A program made the position numbers and the translations under genes. From positions 1 through 64,000 of IMG/VR virus record IMGVR_UViG_3300037512_001285: 64,000 bases of DNA; one strand, 5' to 3'. Of the stretch, positions 19,738-30,652 are shown piece after piece. This stretch comes from an uncultured virus (IMG/VR IMGVR_UViG_3300037512_001285) (Duplodnaviria; Heunggongvirae; Uroviricota; Caudoviricetes). The notes under the pieces were generated by a model. The model did not search any database, was not told the DNA's origin, and saw only the letters and a program-made list of their open reading frames with translations. The number at the start of each line of letters is the position of its first letter. Position 1 is the stretch's first letter.

Positions 19738-20651
19738 TAATAATTACGGAATATATTTACGTTATATTCAATAAGTCTCTGTGTATGAAGGTCAAACTCC
19801 TCCAACATAAAGTCATCAATAATTGTTTTTGGTTTTGCTTTCTCAAGTCCTAGTACTTCGCCTTCAATAGCAAGTTTAACGGGATATCCAGTATCCATAC
19901 TCACTGGACTGTTTTTAGAGAAAAGCGTCTTCAGGTACTTCTTCTCTGCAGGACAATGACTACCAAGGAAATGAAGTAATGTATATTGAGGCTTCCCATC
20001 AGGGGCAAGTATATCCAATCCCCAATGTTTCATCCACATACACCTACCCATCGCATACCGTACATCTTCTGTACAGATATTATAACCAGCAGTTGCAAAC
20101 TCATATGCAATATCTCCATCACATTCATCTATCTCTTCTTTAAGGAATGTATTATGAAATGGGATAGCAATGTTGGTGTATCCCATATTAAAGAGCGTAG
20201 TTAGGCAACTATTGAATTCCTCAACTGTGTTTCCTTGAACAACAGCAATCGGCTGAGGAAAAAGCTCTCCAACAACACGGTCAGCATCTTCAATTTCTGA
20301 AAAATATTTTTCTATATTCCTCTGGTGGTTGGTTTTGAACTTCAGGACATCAAGCACTGTCTTATCCTTATCCATCAGGGTATCTGGAAGGATATAATAG
20401 TCTGGATTGAGTTCAATGATGGCTTTCTCATATGCATCCAGGTCAAGTTCCTGTCCTTTAACAAAGAACTCATACGCGGAGTTATCAAAAATCATTCTCC
20501 GTTCGGGATGCTTCTCTCGCATCTCGTCAAAGTACTTCTTATACTCCGGTTCGGTTGTATATAAGTGAAATAATACGAAATCGAAATCGTTGAGCTTCTC
20601 ATTACAATCATTGAGAAGTGTAATAGGTAATTCTGAGTTTGTTCTAATCAT
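19737..20651 (-). CDS. Guanine transglycosylase-like protein (TGT/DpdA-like)
   Basis: IFDNSA.E, LPD, VVQG, HFLG, SMDT motif order of the TGT barrel; near queC. Confidence 0.65.
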   Translation of the reverse strand: MIRTNSELPITLLNDCNEKLNDFDFVLFHLYTTEPEYKKYFDEMREKHPERRMIFDNSAYEFFVKGQELDLDAYEKAIIELNPDYYILPDTLMDKDKTVLDVLKFKTNHQRNIEKYFSEIEDADRVVGELFPQPIAVVQGNTVEEFNSCLTTLFNMGYTNIAIPFHNTFLKEEIDECDGDIAYEFATAGYNICTEDVRYAMGRCMWMKHWGLDILAPDGKPQYTLLHFLGSHCPAEKKYLKTLFSKNSPVSMDTGYPVKLAIEGEVLGLEKAKPKTIIDDFMLEEFDLHTQRLIEYNVNIFRNY

Positions 20652-20680
20652 GAAATAATATATAAAAAAGAAGGAATCAA

Positions 20681-22156
20681 TTAAGATTCCTCCTCCATGT
20701 CATGTTCGCCAGCATCGTGGCTCTTCTTCTCAAGATCATAGTGAGCCTTCGTCTTGAGCTTCCAGGCCCGAGGGAGCGGATCGTTGTTGATTCGGATAAC
20801 TACTCCTTCGCGTGGTGCCTTCATCCGACAGAGTGGTTCCTGGAGCTCCATACCAAGCAAGGTCTTGTCGGTCTTCATCTTTTCGAGAAGCTCAAGTGAC
20901 CACCCCTCGTCGTCGTGATTGAGATCGGGATAGAGCTCGCCAAGTACTCCATCATAAAGGATCGGTACTGTCATGAGTCTCTCTACTCCTTCGTACTTAT
21001 GTTCGATAGCAAAGTGTGCTCGGAGATTATCTGTCCATGTAGCCACCTCACCAAGGTTCCACTCGCGTCTGTTTCCTTTTCTGTCTACTTCAACAATCCT
21101 ATAAGGCATAAACTTCCACTCACCAGGACGGCAACCGTAGTCGTGTCCTTTCTGAATCATCTTTGTAGTTCCACCGACGTATCCTACTATCTCACCATAG
21201 ACAATCATCCCCGTGGTGATGTGGTCTGCTAGTAGGTCGCGGACCGGTGCCCAGATGTCGCTTCCATAGAAGTAATTTGCCTCACGAGGAACGTCATAGA
21301 CCTTCTCATTACGAATCTTCGTCCGGGAAGCATACAAAAGTCTATATTCCTTTGGATGGAAGATACTATAAAGGATCTTCTTGAATTTATTATCCGTCTG
21401 CTTATAACAAAGGACATTTGCGAAGATACCACTACTACCGTGTACCTTAACAGAAATAGTTACATCATCCGTCGGACGGAATCCCTTGTAGCAGTCTTCG
21501 AAGTGAGGTGTGTCGTAGTGATACTTGAACTGTCCGGGAACAAGCACACGAGCGCGTCTAAGGTTCTTTGAACGCTGCTGGTAGTGCTTCTGGTCATTGG
21601 CTTTCTGTTCTACAGGCCGCTTACCACCAACCAAGTACTTCTCGCAGAACACTTCATCCCCAACCACATCGAAACTCTCTCCAACAACATCTTCAAACTC
21701 ATACTCAGACCACTGATTGAGGATAGGGTATGCTGCTTGGAGACTCTTGATGTCAGCAAGATACCCCTGAGAGTAAACACCACGAATCTTAATCTGTTTT
21801 ACTCGTCCGTTGGTCTCAAAGTATCCACCCATCCCACTCAGTTCCTCAAGAGACTTACCAGAGCATAGTGCCTCGGTGACCTCTTCAAAGTTGTCGTTGA
21901 GTTGATAGGATTCACTAGAAATTCTATATAAGTTATTCTTACTCAAGAACTTATGTGAGAGACTAGTCTCTACAGGAACATATACATAGATGTTATCTCG
22001 GGGAAGATCCTTTGATATAACCACATCTCGTCCGCATACGATTGCTCGTACGAGTCGATCTGCTCCCGGAATGGGGAACACAGCATCAATCTTGGTAAAG
22101 GTAGCTCTGTAGTTTACAAAACCGCCTTCTGATTGCTTGAATAAATCTTTAAGCAT
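20681..22156 (-). CDS. RNA ligase with N-terminal OB-like domain
   Basis: PIPGADRL; motif I KVHGS, YGE, EGVV, KLK. Confidence 0.85.
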   Translation of the reverse strand: MLKDLFKQSEGGFVNYRATFTKIDAVFPIPGADRLVRAIVCGRDVVISKDLPRDNIYVYVPVETSLSHKFLSKNNLYRISSESYQLNDNFEEVTEALCSGKSLEELSGMGGYFETNGRVKQIKIRGVYSQGYLADIKSLQAAYPILNQWSEYEFEDVVGESFDVVGDEVFCEKYLVGGKRPVEQKANDQKHYQQRSKNLRRARVLVPGQFKYHYDTPHFEDCYKGFRPTDDVTISVKVHGSSGIFANVLCYKQTDNKFKKILYSIFHPKEYRLLYASRTKIRNEKVYDVPREANYFYGSDIWAPVRDLLADHITTGMIVYGEIVGYVGGTTKMIQKGHDYGCRPGEWKFMPYRIVEVDRKGNRREWNLGEVATWTDNLRAHFAIEHKYEGVERLMTVPILYDGVLGELYPDLNHDDEGWSLELLEKMKTDKTLLGMELQEPLCRMKAPREGVVIRINNDPLPRAWKLKTKAHYDLEKKSHDAGEHDMEEES

Positions 22157-22160
22157 AACT

Positions 22161-22520
22161 TTATCCTCTTAAATAATTCTTCCACCAGTCAACTGCATCA
22201 GATACCGTTGCGTTAATTGCATACGTATAAGGATCTGGTCTGTTTGGATCGGCGGTTGCGTTAGTTGCATTATCTCCGCACATTATAGTGTTCCTCTCCC
22301 ACGGAGTTTCGTCTCTATAAGGTTCTGTAGTCCATGGCTTATACGGTTCGGTCACCCACGGGTTCTGATAAGGAATATATACATATTCCTTTTCGTTTTC
22401 ATAAATTGATATTATAAGCGTGAGAGCATCAGCAAAATCGATTTTCTTGTCCTCTACTAATTTCTGTACTATATCGAGAGCCTTCCTTTGGGTCTCGGTG
22501 AGTTGTTTTGAAGTATTCAT
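22161..22520 (-). CDS. Hypothetical protein
   Basis: ORF with short PW-TEPY repeat. Confidence 0.65.
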   Translation of the reverse strand: MNTSKQLTETQRKALDIVQKLVEDKKIDFADALTLIISIYENEKEYVYIPYQNPWVTEPYKPWTTEPYRDETPWERNTIMCGDNATNATADPNRPDPYTYAINATVSDAVDWWKNYLRG

Positions 22521-22526
22521 GATTAA

Positions 22527-22557
22527 ATATATAAAAAAAGACCTCTTTGTTTAGAGG
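22527..22557 (-). promoter_or_regulatory. Candidate early/middle promoter (C/T)TAAA-N16-18-TATATAT overlapping a terminator hairpin
   Basis: Also near 15435, 30850, 35408, 45925 and, as TATTTAT, 51385. Confidence 0.5.
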
Positions 22558-22567
22558 CTTTTGTCGT

Positions 22568-23689
22568 TTATTTAAATGATTCATATAAATAATCTGATAA
22601 ATCCATACATTCCTTAACTTTCCCATGTTTGTCGATGTAAACTTTATGTTCTGCATCTTTTGGAGATCCGTCCGGCCAATAGAATTTACCACCGCGTGGA
22701 CCTGTATGGGTCGTTACTTTCTTTTTCTTTCCGTCCTTATCGGTGATCTCTTCTTGTTTTATGATATTACCATCCTTATCTTTTTCGACTTCTTTTTCAG
22801 ACCCTTTATTTTTTGGAGCAAAATCAGATAGATCTCCTTTTTTTGCAAATTTTCGTTCATTCTTTCTAGCATTTTTGGCTGCTTCCTCATAAGTGGCTAA
22901 ATCTGTTGAGGATATATGTTTTGAAATTTTTTCTATTTTCTTTAATCCTTTATCAACTTTTTTCCTTCCTCTATCTGTATCCCATTCTTCAATTTTAGTC
23001 ACCAATCTATCATAATTTTTCCTACCAACAGTGGATTTTAAAGCATCTTCAAATTCATCAGGGCTTCTTTCTTCACCATTTTCATCATATATACAATGAT
23101 TTAATAGAAGGTATTGTTTTTTTAATGAATTTCGAACTTTTTCATCATCTGCTGTTTGAGAAGCCGAATACATAATCATCATTCGTTTTTTAAGATCATC
23201 CATAGATTTTTTATTTTCCGCTTCTTTATCAGCTTGTGCATTTTGATATTTGACATATTGTGATGCTCCCCAAGTCGCAACAGCAATAGCTTTTCCAACA
23301 TATGGGATATCCTTTACATGTTTACTTACCACCGATTTTAAAATATCTCCCCCAGCATCTACACCAAATTGTTTCAGCTTACGTAATTGTTGTTCTCTTT
23401 TGGCGTCTTCTTTTTCGGATTCGGTAATTTGAGTATCCACAAAAAGAGATTCAGATAAAAATCCTTCAATATCCTCATCAGAAATATCTGCCATTTTTAA
23501 GAATTCATCATCTTTCTTATTTTTCTCCTCATCCTCTTTTGAGTCCTTTTCTTCATCATCAACCACTTCTTCAAGATCATCCGCATCGAGTTTGCCTTTT
23601 TTCCAGGTTTTAAAATAATCTATGACTTTCTTACGAAGATCATCGTCTTCTATATCATTAATATTTATATTTAATCCTTCTTTTATCAT
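22568..23689 (-). CDS. Highly charged hypothetical protein, possibly virion-associated
   Basis: D/E/K-rich; HTGPRGGKFYW; internal ESLF. Confidence 0.7.
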   Translation of the reverse strand: MIKEGLNININDIEDDDLRKKVIDYFKTWKKGKLDADDLEEVVDDEEKDSKEDEEKNKKDDEFLKMADISDEDIEGFLSESLFVDTQITESEKEDAKREQQLRKLKQFGVDAGGDILKSVVSKHVKDIPYVGKAIAVATWGASQYVKYQNAQADKEAENKKSMDDLKKRMMIMYSASQTADDEKVRNSLKKQYLLLNHCIYDENGEERSPDEFEDALKSTVGRKNYDRLVTKIEEWDTDRGRKKVDKGLKKIEKISKHISSTDLATYEEAAKNARKNERKFAKKGDLSDFAPKNKGSEKEVEKDKDGNIIKQEEITDKDGKKKKVTTHTGPRGGKFYWPDGSPKDAEHKVYIDKHGKVKECMDLSDYLYESFK

Positions 23690-23699
23690 GATCTCAAAC

Positions 23700-24059
23700 T
23701 TAATTTAAAATGGCTTCTATTTTATCCTTATCAGAACTATTATCCACATATGGTAAAATGACTTTTTTAATCACATTATCAATACCATCATCCACATCAC
23801 ATTGATCCTTAGCATCTTTTCCTATTTTATTTATATTACCTTTCAATATCTTAAGTAATATATCGAATTCTTTTTTATGATTAGGATATTTTTGTACAAA
23901 CTCATCCACCCATTCATCTAATTTCGAATTTGCTAAATCCAAACCGACCGTTATTAAAACACGCTTCAATAATGGTAATAATTTTGTTCCGATTTGTTTT
24001 AATAAAGCTGGAGAGATAAACGCTTCATCAACCACCAAATATGTATATAAATCTTTCAT
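23700..24059 (-). CDS. Putative virion-internal protein
   Basis: Start reassigned to MKDLYTYLVVDE. Confidence 0.6.
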   Translation of the reverse strand: MKDLYTYLVVDEAFISPALLKQIGTKLLPLLKRVLITVGLDLANSKLDEWVDEFVQKYPNHKKEFDILLKILKGNINKIGKDAKDQCDVDDGIDNVIKKVILPYVDNSSDKDKIEAILN

Positions 24060-24145
24060 ACTATTATAATAATACTTGAAATTGGTGTTGTTTTGGTTTA
24101 AATATTTAAACACAATTTTTATTTTACCCATTATTATTTTCATAT

Positions 24146-27100
24146 ATGGCATTAAATAACGTAAATAAACCAAAACAAAACACTCCAGATTTTGCGAGTG
24201 TAACTAATCTTGTTAATAGCTTTGTAAATTCTATACAAAGCCTTGATAAGATAAACAAGAAAAATATTAGAAAAAATGTATCCGTACTCAAATCTGTGGT
24301 ACCGGATATAATTAAATTTGTGAATATTGGTGAACAGTTATCTAATTTAAACGTCCATATTGATCAAACTTCTTTAAATAACAATAAAATAGTTTTAGAA
24401 CATATGACTAAGACTATATCTGTTATGAAAGAAATGAGTGAGTTGAAGGTACCATCAATGATGATATTTTATTACAAATTAAGTAAGTTTAGAAATCAGC
24501 TTGGTAGTATCTTAAATATATTCTTTGGCAAGCACGGAATAATTGATTATTTTAACGCACTAGATTTCACAAATGCATCTGATAAAAAAGAAGTTGTTGA
24601 TGAAAAAACACATAAGATTTTTTCATTCAAAAGAAAAAAAACTATTGATTTAAAAAATACAAAGACATCTATAAGTCTATTTGAAGAATTAGTAGACTCT
24701 ACTATCGGTATAGTCAAAAAAACATCTGAACTTGGTATGATGGTCTTTAAGGCTAGTATTGTACAAAGAGCTACTTTACCGCTATTGAAGAAAATCATAC
24801 GAAATTATATAGATTTATTAGATAATAGACATCTTAAAAAACTCACACAAGACAGTGAGAAAAATTCTATAATATTTATCGAACAAAATATTAGAGCAAT
24901 CTTCAATATTATAAAAACCGTTTCGAGTCTTGACGAAGAAGATGAAAAGAATGCTAAACAAGCCGAAAAGGTAATCCATAGTGTATTGCTCAATATGATG
25001 AAGATAATAAAAGCAATATCTAGATTCTCTGAAAGAATGAAAGCTATAAATATCGAAGACATGAGCAATTCGGTTAAAGCTATTAAAGGAATTGTTGATA
25101 GTATGCTCTTCGTTATTGGTGAAATTCTTCTTCTCGCAATAAGTTCGGTACCTTTAGCCTATGCATTTATGCCTGCTCTCATTTCAATAATTATGATAGG
25201 AGGGTTTATTAGAACCGTCATGTGGACTGTAAAAAGGATTGGTAGAAGAAGAGATTATTCGCAAACACTTATAGCTGTTCGTAATATAGAAAAGATAGTA
25301 AGATTGATGGTTTTGATGGTGGGCGAAATATTAGTTGCATTTGCAATTATTGCAATGGCTGCACCGTATATAATAATGTATTGGAAATCCACAGCTAAAA
25401 TATTTGCCGTTATAGCATTAGCTATTCTTGCAATTGCTAGACTTGCTAGATTAGTCGAGTGGATAATTCGCTGGGGTGGAAATAGATTAGAAATGGGTCT
25501 TTTCTTGATCATGATACTTATAGGAGATATCCTAATAACATGCGGTGCATTGTTATTGCTTGGCTATATGGGGAAATTATTCTTCAAGAATAATATATGG
25601 CTGGCTGCAATGGGTATGTTTATCATAGTATCTGGTGTGATAACAGCTATATCCATTCTTGGGTATATGATAATGTTAATGATTCCTGGAATAGAAGCTT
25701 TCGCTTTAGGTATAAGTCTTATAGCGTTATCTATTTTGGCAATGCTTATAATAGGTAAGGAATTATTACTTCTTACCGAATTCGAATTCGATCAAGATGA
25801 TCGAGAAGCTGTTCGAGAAACAACTAAAACTATTATAGGAGCTTCTATGGATGTGATAGATGCTGTGTTTAATGGGTTTGATGAAGAAGGAAATATTATT
25901 AAAGAACCAACGGATGATCATGGACGTAAAATAGGATTATTTAGAAAAGTATTTAGATCAATCTTTAAAGGTTCTGCTCTTATTGTCGAGGCACTCGCAA
26001 CATCAGTGGTTTTGGTCCTCACAGTAGTATCTGTCACCATGACGCTTATCTTAGGTGCAGAATTACAATTCGTTGCTCAATATAAAATTGATAGAAAAAC
26101 CGTTGAAGAAAATGTTTCAAAAATAATGAATACCGCCGAATATTGTATTTATTCGGTTTTTGAAGATATGTCTACAACAAGGACAAGAAACACCGATGGT
26201 TCATATACAGTAACTCGACATATTCCAAAACGCACTATTATGGCATCTCTTCATCATTTCTTTTCTGGTCTCGCTAATATTCTTGAGTTGGTCGTTTCTG
26301 TTGGTAAGTTAGCTGTTATCATGATATCAATAGGGTTAATCAGATTAACAGGAGAAACTCTTAAATGGGTAACTAAATTTGATACAACAGAAGTAAGTAG
26401 TGCTGGTGAAAAAGCAGCATCTATCATGAAAGCCGCAAATGCTTGTGTTGAAGTGATATTTAACCCCAATGAAGATGAAGGAAACGGGAAGAAAAAGAAA
26501 ACGAGAGTGAATAGAGGTAATCCGAAACGCAAATTATGGAGATTAGTAAAAGAAGTATTTAAGAATATCAGCAATGATATGTTCGTGGAGATGGGTAAAA
26601 CTGGTGTTGTCTTAGCTGCTATTAGTTTGATAGTATTAGTAGCAAAAGAATTAGATTATTTAGCTAAATACACACTTCCCGAAGATAATACTATTGTTGC
26701 TAACGCTCAAAATATTATATCTACTGCAAAAGCATGTGCTGATATTGCTTTTGGTGAAGATATAATAAAAGATAGTAACGATGAACTGAATACAAAACTC
26801 GAGAAATTTGGTCAGTTTGCAAATTCAGTAGAATCTACAAACAAGGCAATAGTTAGGATATATAATTCGATTAATAATATCGATGCTGTTAAACTAGGAA
26901 AAGCCGCAAGAATATTGACAGAAGTTCGTGATGGTAAACGAAATTCCTTTATTCGCGATGCTGTTGAGTATATGAAAGATATATCACAAAACAGTTTCGA
27001 TATTAAAAGATATAATGAAAACGTCCATGCGCTTGACACACTCGTAACTGTATTAGATAAGTTTGTTAAGGTTGGGGAAAGAAAAGGATTCATTAAATAT

Positions 27101-27526
27101 AAGGAAGGATTAAAAGACACAGAAAAATTCCTTAAAGTAATAAATGACTCTAATCTAAATAAACTAGAAACTGCATATAAATTATTCAAAGAGATAGCAG
27201 ATATCAGTAAGAGTATTAATGGTAACTTCCAGGGATTGGCTGATACTATTAACTATAAGTTGGTACGGGCGTTGAATAATATAAAATCAACACTCGATCA
27301 GTTACAATCTGGTGAGATTACTGTTAAGTCGGAGATAGTGCATTCAACTGATCTTGGTGAAGGCAATAAGAAGGCAAAATATTATAATGCAGAAAAACGA
27401 GAATGGACAGAATATGATCCTAGGTGGTCTTTATCCGAAGATCTTCAATATATCAGATTATTATTACAGGGTTCTATTACCGCAGAAGATTCAAAACGTG
27501 GTGCTGCGGTTCACGATGCAAAATAA
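24146..27526 (+). CDS. Large helical membrane-segment protein (tape-measure-like)
   Basis: 1126 aa, many hydrophobic segments, imperfect repeats (IM.TA..C...F). Confidence 0.55.
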   Translation: MALNNVNKPKQNTPDFASVTNLVNSFVNSIQSLDKINKKNIRKNVSVLKSVVPDIIKFVNIGEQLSNLNVHIDQTSLNNNKIVLEHMTKTISVMKEMSELKVPSMMIFYYKLSKFRNQLGSILNIFFGKHGIIDYFNALDFTNASDKKEVVDEKTHKIFSFKRKKTIDLKNTKTSISLFEELVDSTIGIVKKTSELGMMVFKASIVQRATLPLLKKIIRNYIDLLDNRHLKKLTQDSEKNSIIFIEQNIRAIFNIIKTVSSLDEEDEKNAKQAEKVIHSVLLNMMKIIKAISRFSERMKAINIEDMSNSVKAIKGIVDSMLFVIGEILLLAISSVPLAYAFMPALISIIMIGGFIRTVMWTVKRIGRRRDYSQTLIAVRNIEKIVRLMVLMVGEILVAFAIIAMAAPYIIMYWKSTAKIFAVIALAILAIARLARLVEWIIRWGGNRLEMGLFLIMILIGDILITCGALLLLGYMGKLFFKNNIWLAAMGMFIIVSGVITAISILGYMIMLMIPGIEAFALGISLIALSILAMLIIGKELLLLTEFEFDQDDREAVRETTKTIIGASMDVIDAVFNGFDEEGNIIKEPTDDHGRKIGLFRKVFRSIFKGSALIVEALATSVVLVLTVVSVTMTLILGAELQFVAQYKIDRKTVEENVSKIMNTAEYCIYSVFEDMSTTRTRNTDGSYTVTRHIPKRTIMASLHHFFSGLANILELVVSVGKLAVIMISIGLIRLTGETLKWVTKFDTTEVSSAGEKAASIMKAANACVEVIFNPNEDEGNGKKKKTRVNRGNPKRKLWRLVKEVFKNISNDMFVEMGKTGVVLAAISLIVLVAKELDYLAKYTLPEDNTIVANAQNIISTAKACADIAFGEDIIKDSNDELNTKLEKFGQFANSVESTNKAIVRIYNSINNIDAVKLGKAARILTEVRDGKRNSFIRDAVEYMKDISQNSFDIKRYNENVHALDTLVTVLDKFVKVGERKGFIKYKEGLKDTEKFLKVINDSNLNKLETAYKLFKEIADISKSINGNFQGLADTINYKLVRALNNIKSTLDQLQSGEITVKSEIVHSTDLGEGNKKAKYYNAEKREWTEYDPRWSLSEDLQYIRLLLQGSITAEDSKRGAAVHDAK

Positions 27527-27592
27527 TTTATGAATATCTTGATAAACCAAACAATTTCATCTATTCTTTAAGCAATAAACAAAAGAGAATAG

Positions 27593-28195
27593 ATGAAATT
27601 TTTTATAGTAGGGCTTCATGCGAGTGGTAAACAAGAGATACTTGATATTCTCGAGAAACAAGGAGCAAACGTAGGGAGACTCTTTTCAAATATTGAAGGA
27701 GCGAGTCCAGAAATTTATAATTCATATAATTACGAACTAATGTCCACGACGGATATTAATGAAATGTTTGAAAATAAAGCATATATGTTCTTGCAAGAAT
27801 TGGAGTCGTCTGCAACTACCAAGTCATACAAGTACTACGAGGGTCTTTCCATGTGGACTTATGACAATAACCAGGTCTTTGCACTCAGCCCCGATCAGTT
27901 CATATCTATTCCACAAAAAGCATATAGAAATGATGAAGTGGTCATTATCTGGGTAGATAGTGATAAGCATAATCGGACCAACAGATACCATCTCGAAAAA
28001 CGATCCTACAGCTTTAAGGAACGTGAAGAGATAGAGACACGAGACATCGCGGTCTTTGGACGATCGGTCTACTCCTTACCTAACTCACATATCATCTACT
28101 TCGCAAACGAAGAACCGGGACGCGTCGCCTGCTCGGTACTGACTCTATTACAACACCCCGAATACTTACCATTATACGAAAAATACTTTGATTAA
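27593..28195 (+). CDS. Degenerate guanylate-kinase-like P-loop protein
   Basis: FIVGLHASGK at N-terminus. Confidence 0.5.
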   Translation: MKFFIVGLHASGKQEILDILEKQGANVGRLFSNIEGASPEIYNSYNYELMSTTDINEMFENKAYMFLQELESSATTKSYKYYEGLSMWTYDNNQVFALSPDQFISIPQKAYRNDEVVIIWVDSDKHNRTNRYHLEKRSYSFKEREEIETRDIAVFGRSVYSLPNSHIIYFANEEPGRVACSVLTLLQHPEYLPLYEKYFD

Positions 28196-28201
28196 ACACA
28201 T

Positions 28202-29020
28202 ATGATGAACGGAATGAATTTTGGAATGGATGGCCCTACCGTAACTGGGTGGTGGTATAATCCTTCAACAGGAGATAGATTCAACGCAGTTGATACTTAC
28301 TTCGAAGACAATAACCTTTTGATCAAGACATCTGAAGGTAGATTATTGAATTACAATCAGATACAGAATTATGTTCATGTCGAGAAACCCGATATGATCC
28401 CAGATAAACCCATTTCTAAACTCCCCACAACAACCGAAGACGATATCCCCGCAGAAGTACTCGCAGAGATTGATAACGGTGAAGATAACGGTGGGATTTT
28501 AATTCCTGATGATAATATCTATGGAGTAGGTGGTCCGAAGCTGGGACCAGCTGATGCTCTTGGAAATATCTATCGTGGAACTGAACCCGCGGCCAAACCA
28601 GCTATTCAGGATTTCGCAATCATCGATCGTGCACTTGCTGGTAAGGACATCCCCAGTCTCAATGCAGACATTACCTGGGATCAGTTCCCAAAACGTGAAG
28701 TGGAAATGCTTGTAGACGTAATGAATATTTCTGAGGATGAAATAGTACAGTATTATATTAATAAAGTGACTATAGATACTGTAAAGGACATGGTTGCTGA
28801 AGGGATACGATCGTATATATATCATTCTCTTCATGACGATGGATCTAATGGACAGTTCGTGGGTTCTCACGTAAAGGTAACCTCAGGTCCTGAACTCGAT
28901 AGAATGCTTGAAGAAGAAAGGAAGAAACGTGAAGCGGAGGAACAATACAAGCAGGGACTCGTAGTAGACCCCAACAATGTTCCTAAGGAAAAGAAAACAA
29001 AGAAAAAAGTAAATGGCTAA
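28202..29020 (+). CDS. Hypothetical protein
   Basis: 272-aa ORF in operon. Confidence 0.75.
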   Translation: MMNGMNFGMDGPTVTGWWYNPSTGDRFNAVDTYFEDNNLLIKTSEGRLLNYNQIQNYVHVEKPDMIPDKPISKLPTTTEDDIPAEVLAEIDNGEDNGGILIPDDNIYGVGGPKLGPADALGNIYRGTEPAAKPAIQDFAIIDRALAGKDIPSLNADITWDQFPKREVEMLVDVMNISEDEIVQYYINKVTIDTVKDMVAEGIRSYIYHSLHDDGSNGQFVGSHVKVTSGPELDRMLEEERKKREAEEQYKQGLVVDPNNVPKEKKTKKKVNG

Positions 29021-29564
29021 ACCAGGAGACCCAGATTTTGATCCTTCAGACTTAATTGATAACGAAGAAGACGTTGTTAATATCGATACAGACCGTATTG
29101 ACTCGGAGTCACTTAAAGAAGCCTCGGACCTAGTAGAGAACCTCAAGGATATCTATTCCGATCCTGAGTTCATGAAAGCTAATCCAAAATTTGCAACGCG
29201 TCTCAAAGCTGAAGTCGAAAACTTGAGGATATTGATAAAGATTCGTAAGAGTGACGAAGTCGCACACGATGTCCTCTTGGGTGCTATTGGTCGTAATAGT
29301 GCCAATGCCTCTTTGTACAGATCACTTTCTGATATCCAAAGAACCATTCTCTCAACCACATCTGAACTCACAGATAAGGTCAAAGACATTAATACTATGT
29401 TAAAGAATATCCAACTTGAACTTAACTTCCAACCGGGGCCTAATCCAGAGTCTGGAAAGAGTGGTGGAGAATCACAAGACACCCAACCAGAACAATCAAC
29501 GTTTCGTGGGTCGAAGGATTTCATCAAACAGATGAGACAAGAGCTTGAAGAAGAAAATGAATAA
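29013..29564 (+). CDS. Hypothetical coiled-coil protein
   Basis: 183 aa, overlaps previous stop. Confidence 0.75.
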   Translation: MAKPGDPDFDPSDLIDNEEDVVNIDTDRIDSESLKEASDLVENLKDIYSDPEFMKANPKFATRLKAEVENLRILIKIRKSDEVAHDVLLGAIGRNSANASLYRSLSDIQRTILSTTSELTDKVKDINTMLKNIQLELNFQPGPNPESGKSGGESQDTQPEQSTFRGSKDFIKQMRQELEEENE

Positions 29565-29572
29565 AGGAACCT

Positions 29573-29854
29573 TTACTGGTTCCTTTCTTTGTCATTCATC
29601 ATCTTGAATGCTTTTTTTGACCATGGTATAACCGCATACACTATAGCCCAGCAACAGAATGCTATTATAGCACCGTCAAAGATAAGAGCCCAGAGCGGTA
29701 CCATACCGGCGAGAATCATTAAGATAAACCAAGCCAGACAACAGCCTATTCCAAAAGCTCCGAGCAGGAGAACACAACCCAGGAATGTACTACCGGTTTT
29801 CGGATTAGTATTGATTTTATCAACAATCTGTTTAATTTTATTCCAAATTTCCAT
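29573..29854 (-). CDS. Small membrane protein
   Basis: Two hydrophobic segments. Confidence 0.7.
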   Translation of the reverse strand: MEIWNKIKQIVDKINTNPKTGSTFLGCVLLLGAFGIGCCLAWFILMILAGMVPLWALIFDGAIIAFCCWAIVYAVIPWSKKAFKMMNDKERNQ

Positions 29855-30022
29855 ATTACTTTCTATCTTGATCGCTGCAATAACTATCTTTGTCTTTTAC
29901 ATAATGTCCGGCTTTGCAATAATCATATCCTCCGCGGTAATTTTTGCAGTGGCTACAAACCTCCGGTGTTCTGAGGGATTTTGCGAGATAATACAATCCC
30001 TGTAAAATAAGTGGATTAAACA

Positions 30023-30652
30023 TTACTCAATAGATTTATAATATAGAAGTGTAGGATTGTTCTTATGAACGTCAATACCGGGGTACTTCTTTAAGAACTC
30101 ACCAACATCAAACGCATTGGTAATCAAATGATAACCGTGTTTGGTTGGAACTGCTTTCTGAGCGATCCTACCGCGATCATCTCGTCTACCACGCAAAGTA
30201 TTAACAAACTCCGCAACCTTCAAGACATCTTCGTATTCAAAATCATCCAAATCTACAACAAACTGTTTATCGCCAGAGACGTATGACTGTCCTGCAGCAG
30301 TGGAGTAAACCCCACGGAGTCCAATCCAGTTCTGAGAGACAAAGGTAAGCGAGGTGTCAATCAATGCCTTGTTGGCAACCTCTTTCAGAGAACGTCTTGT
30401 TGGATGAATGTATGCGCGTCCGTTCACCACACCACAGATACCAACGATCTCATCTTTCAACTGTAAGAACTGTTCCTTTGACCGGATGACATAGTACTTA
30501 ACAAGTCTGTTTTTGTTGTTTCCACTTACGTGGTTTCCATCTTTACCCCTCACGAGAATCTGCAAGAAATAGAACTCATCCTCAGTCAAAGGACGACGTT
30601 CATCGAAGAGGTACTCACCTAGGAGTTCAAAGTTGTCTACTAATCCATTCAT
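30023..30652 (-). CDS. AEP (primase-polymerase) superfamily-like protein
   Basis: VVDLDD and PTKHGYHLI match AEP motifs I and II. Confidence 0.5.
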   Translation of the reverse strand: MNGLVDNFELLGEYLFDERRPLTEDEFYFLQILVRGKDGNHVSGNNKNRLVKYYVIRSKEQFLQLKDEIVGICGVVNGRAYIHPTRRSLKEVANKALIDTSLTFVSQNWIGLRGVYSTAAGQSYVSGDKQFVVDLDDFEYEDVLKVAEFVNTLRGRRDDRGRIAQKAVPTKHGYHLITNAFDVGEFLKKYPGIDVHKNNPTLLYYKSIE

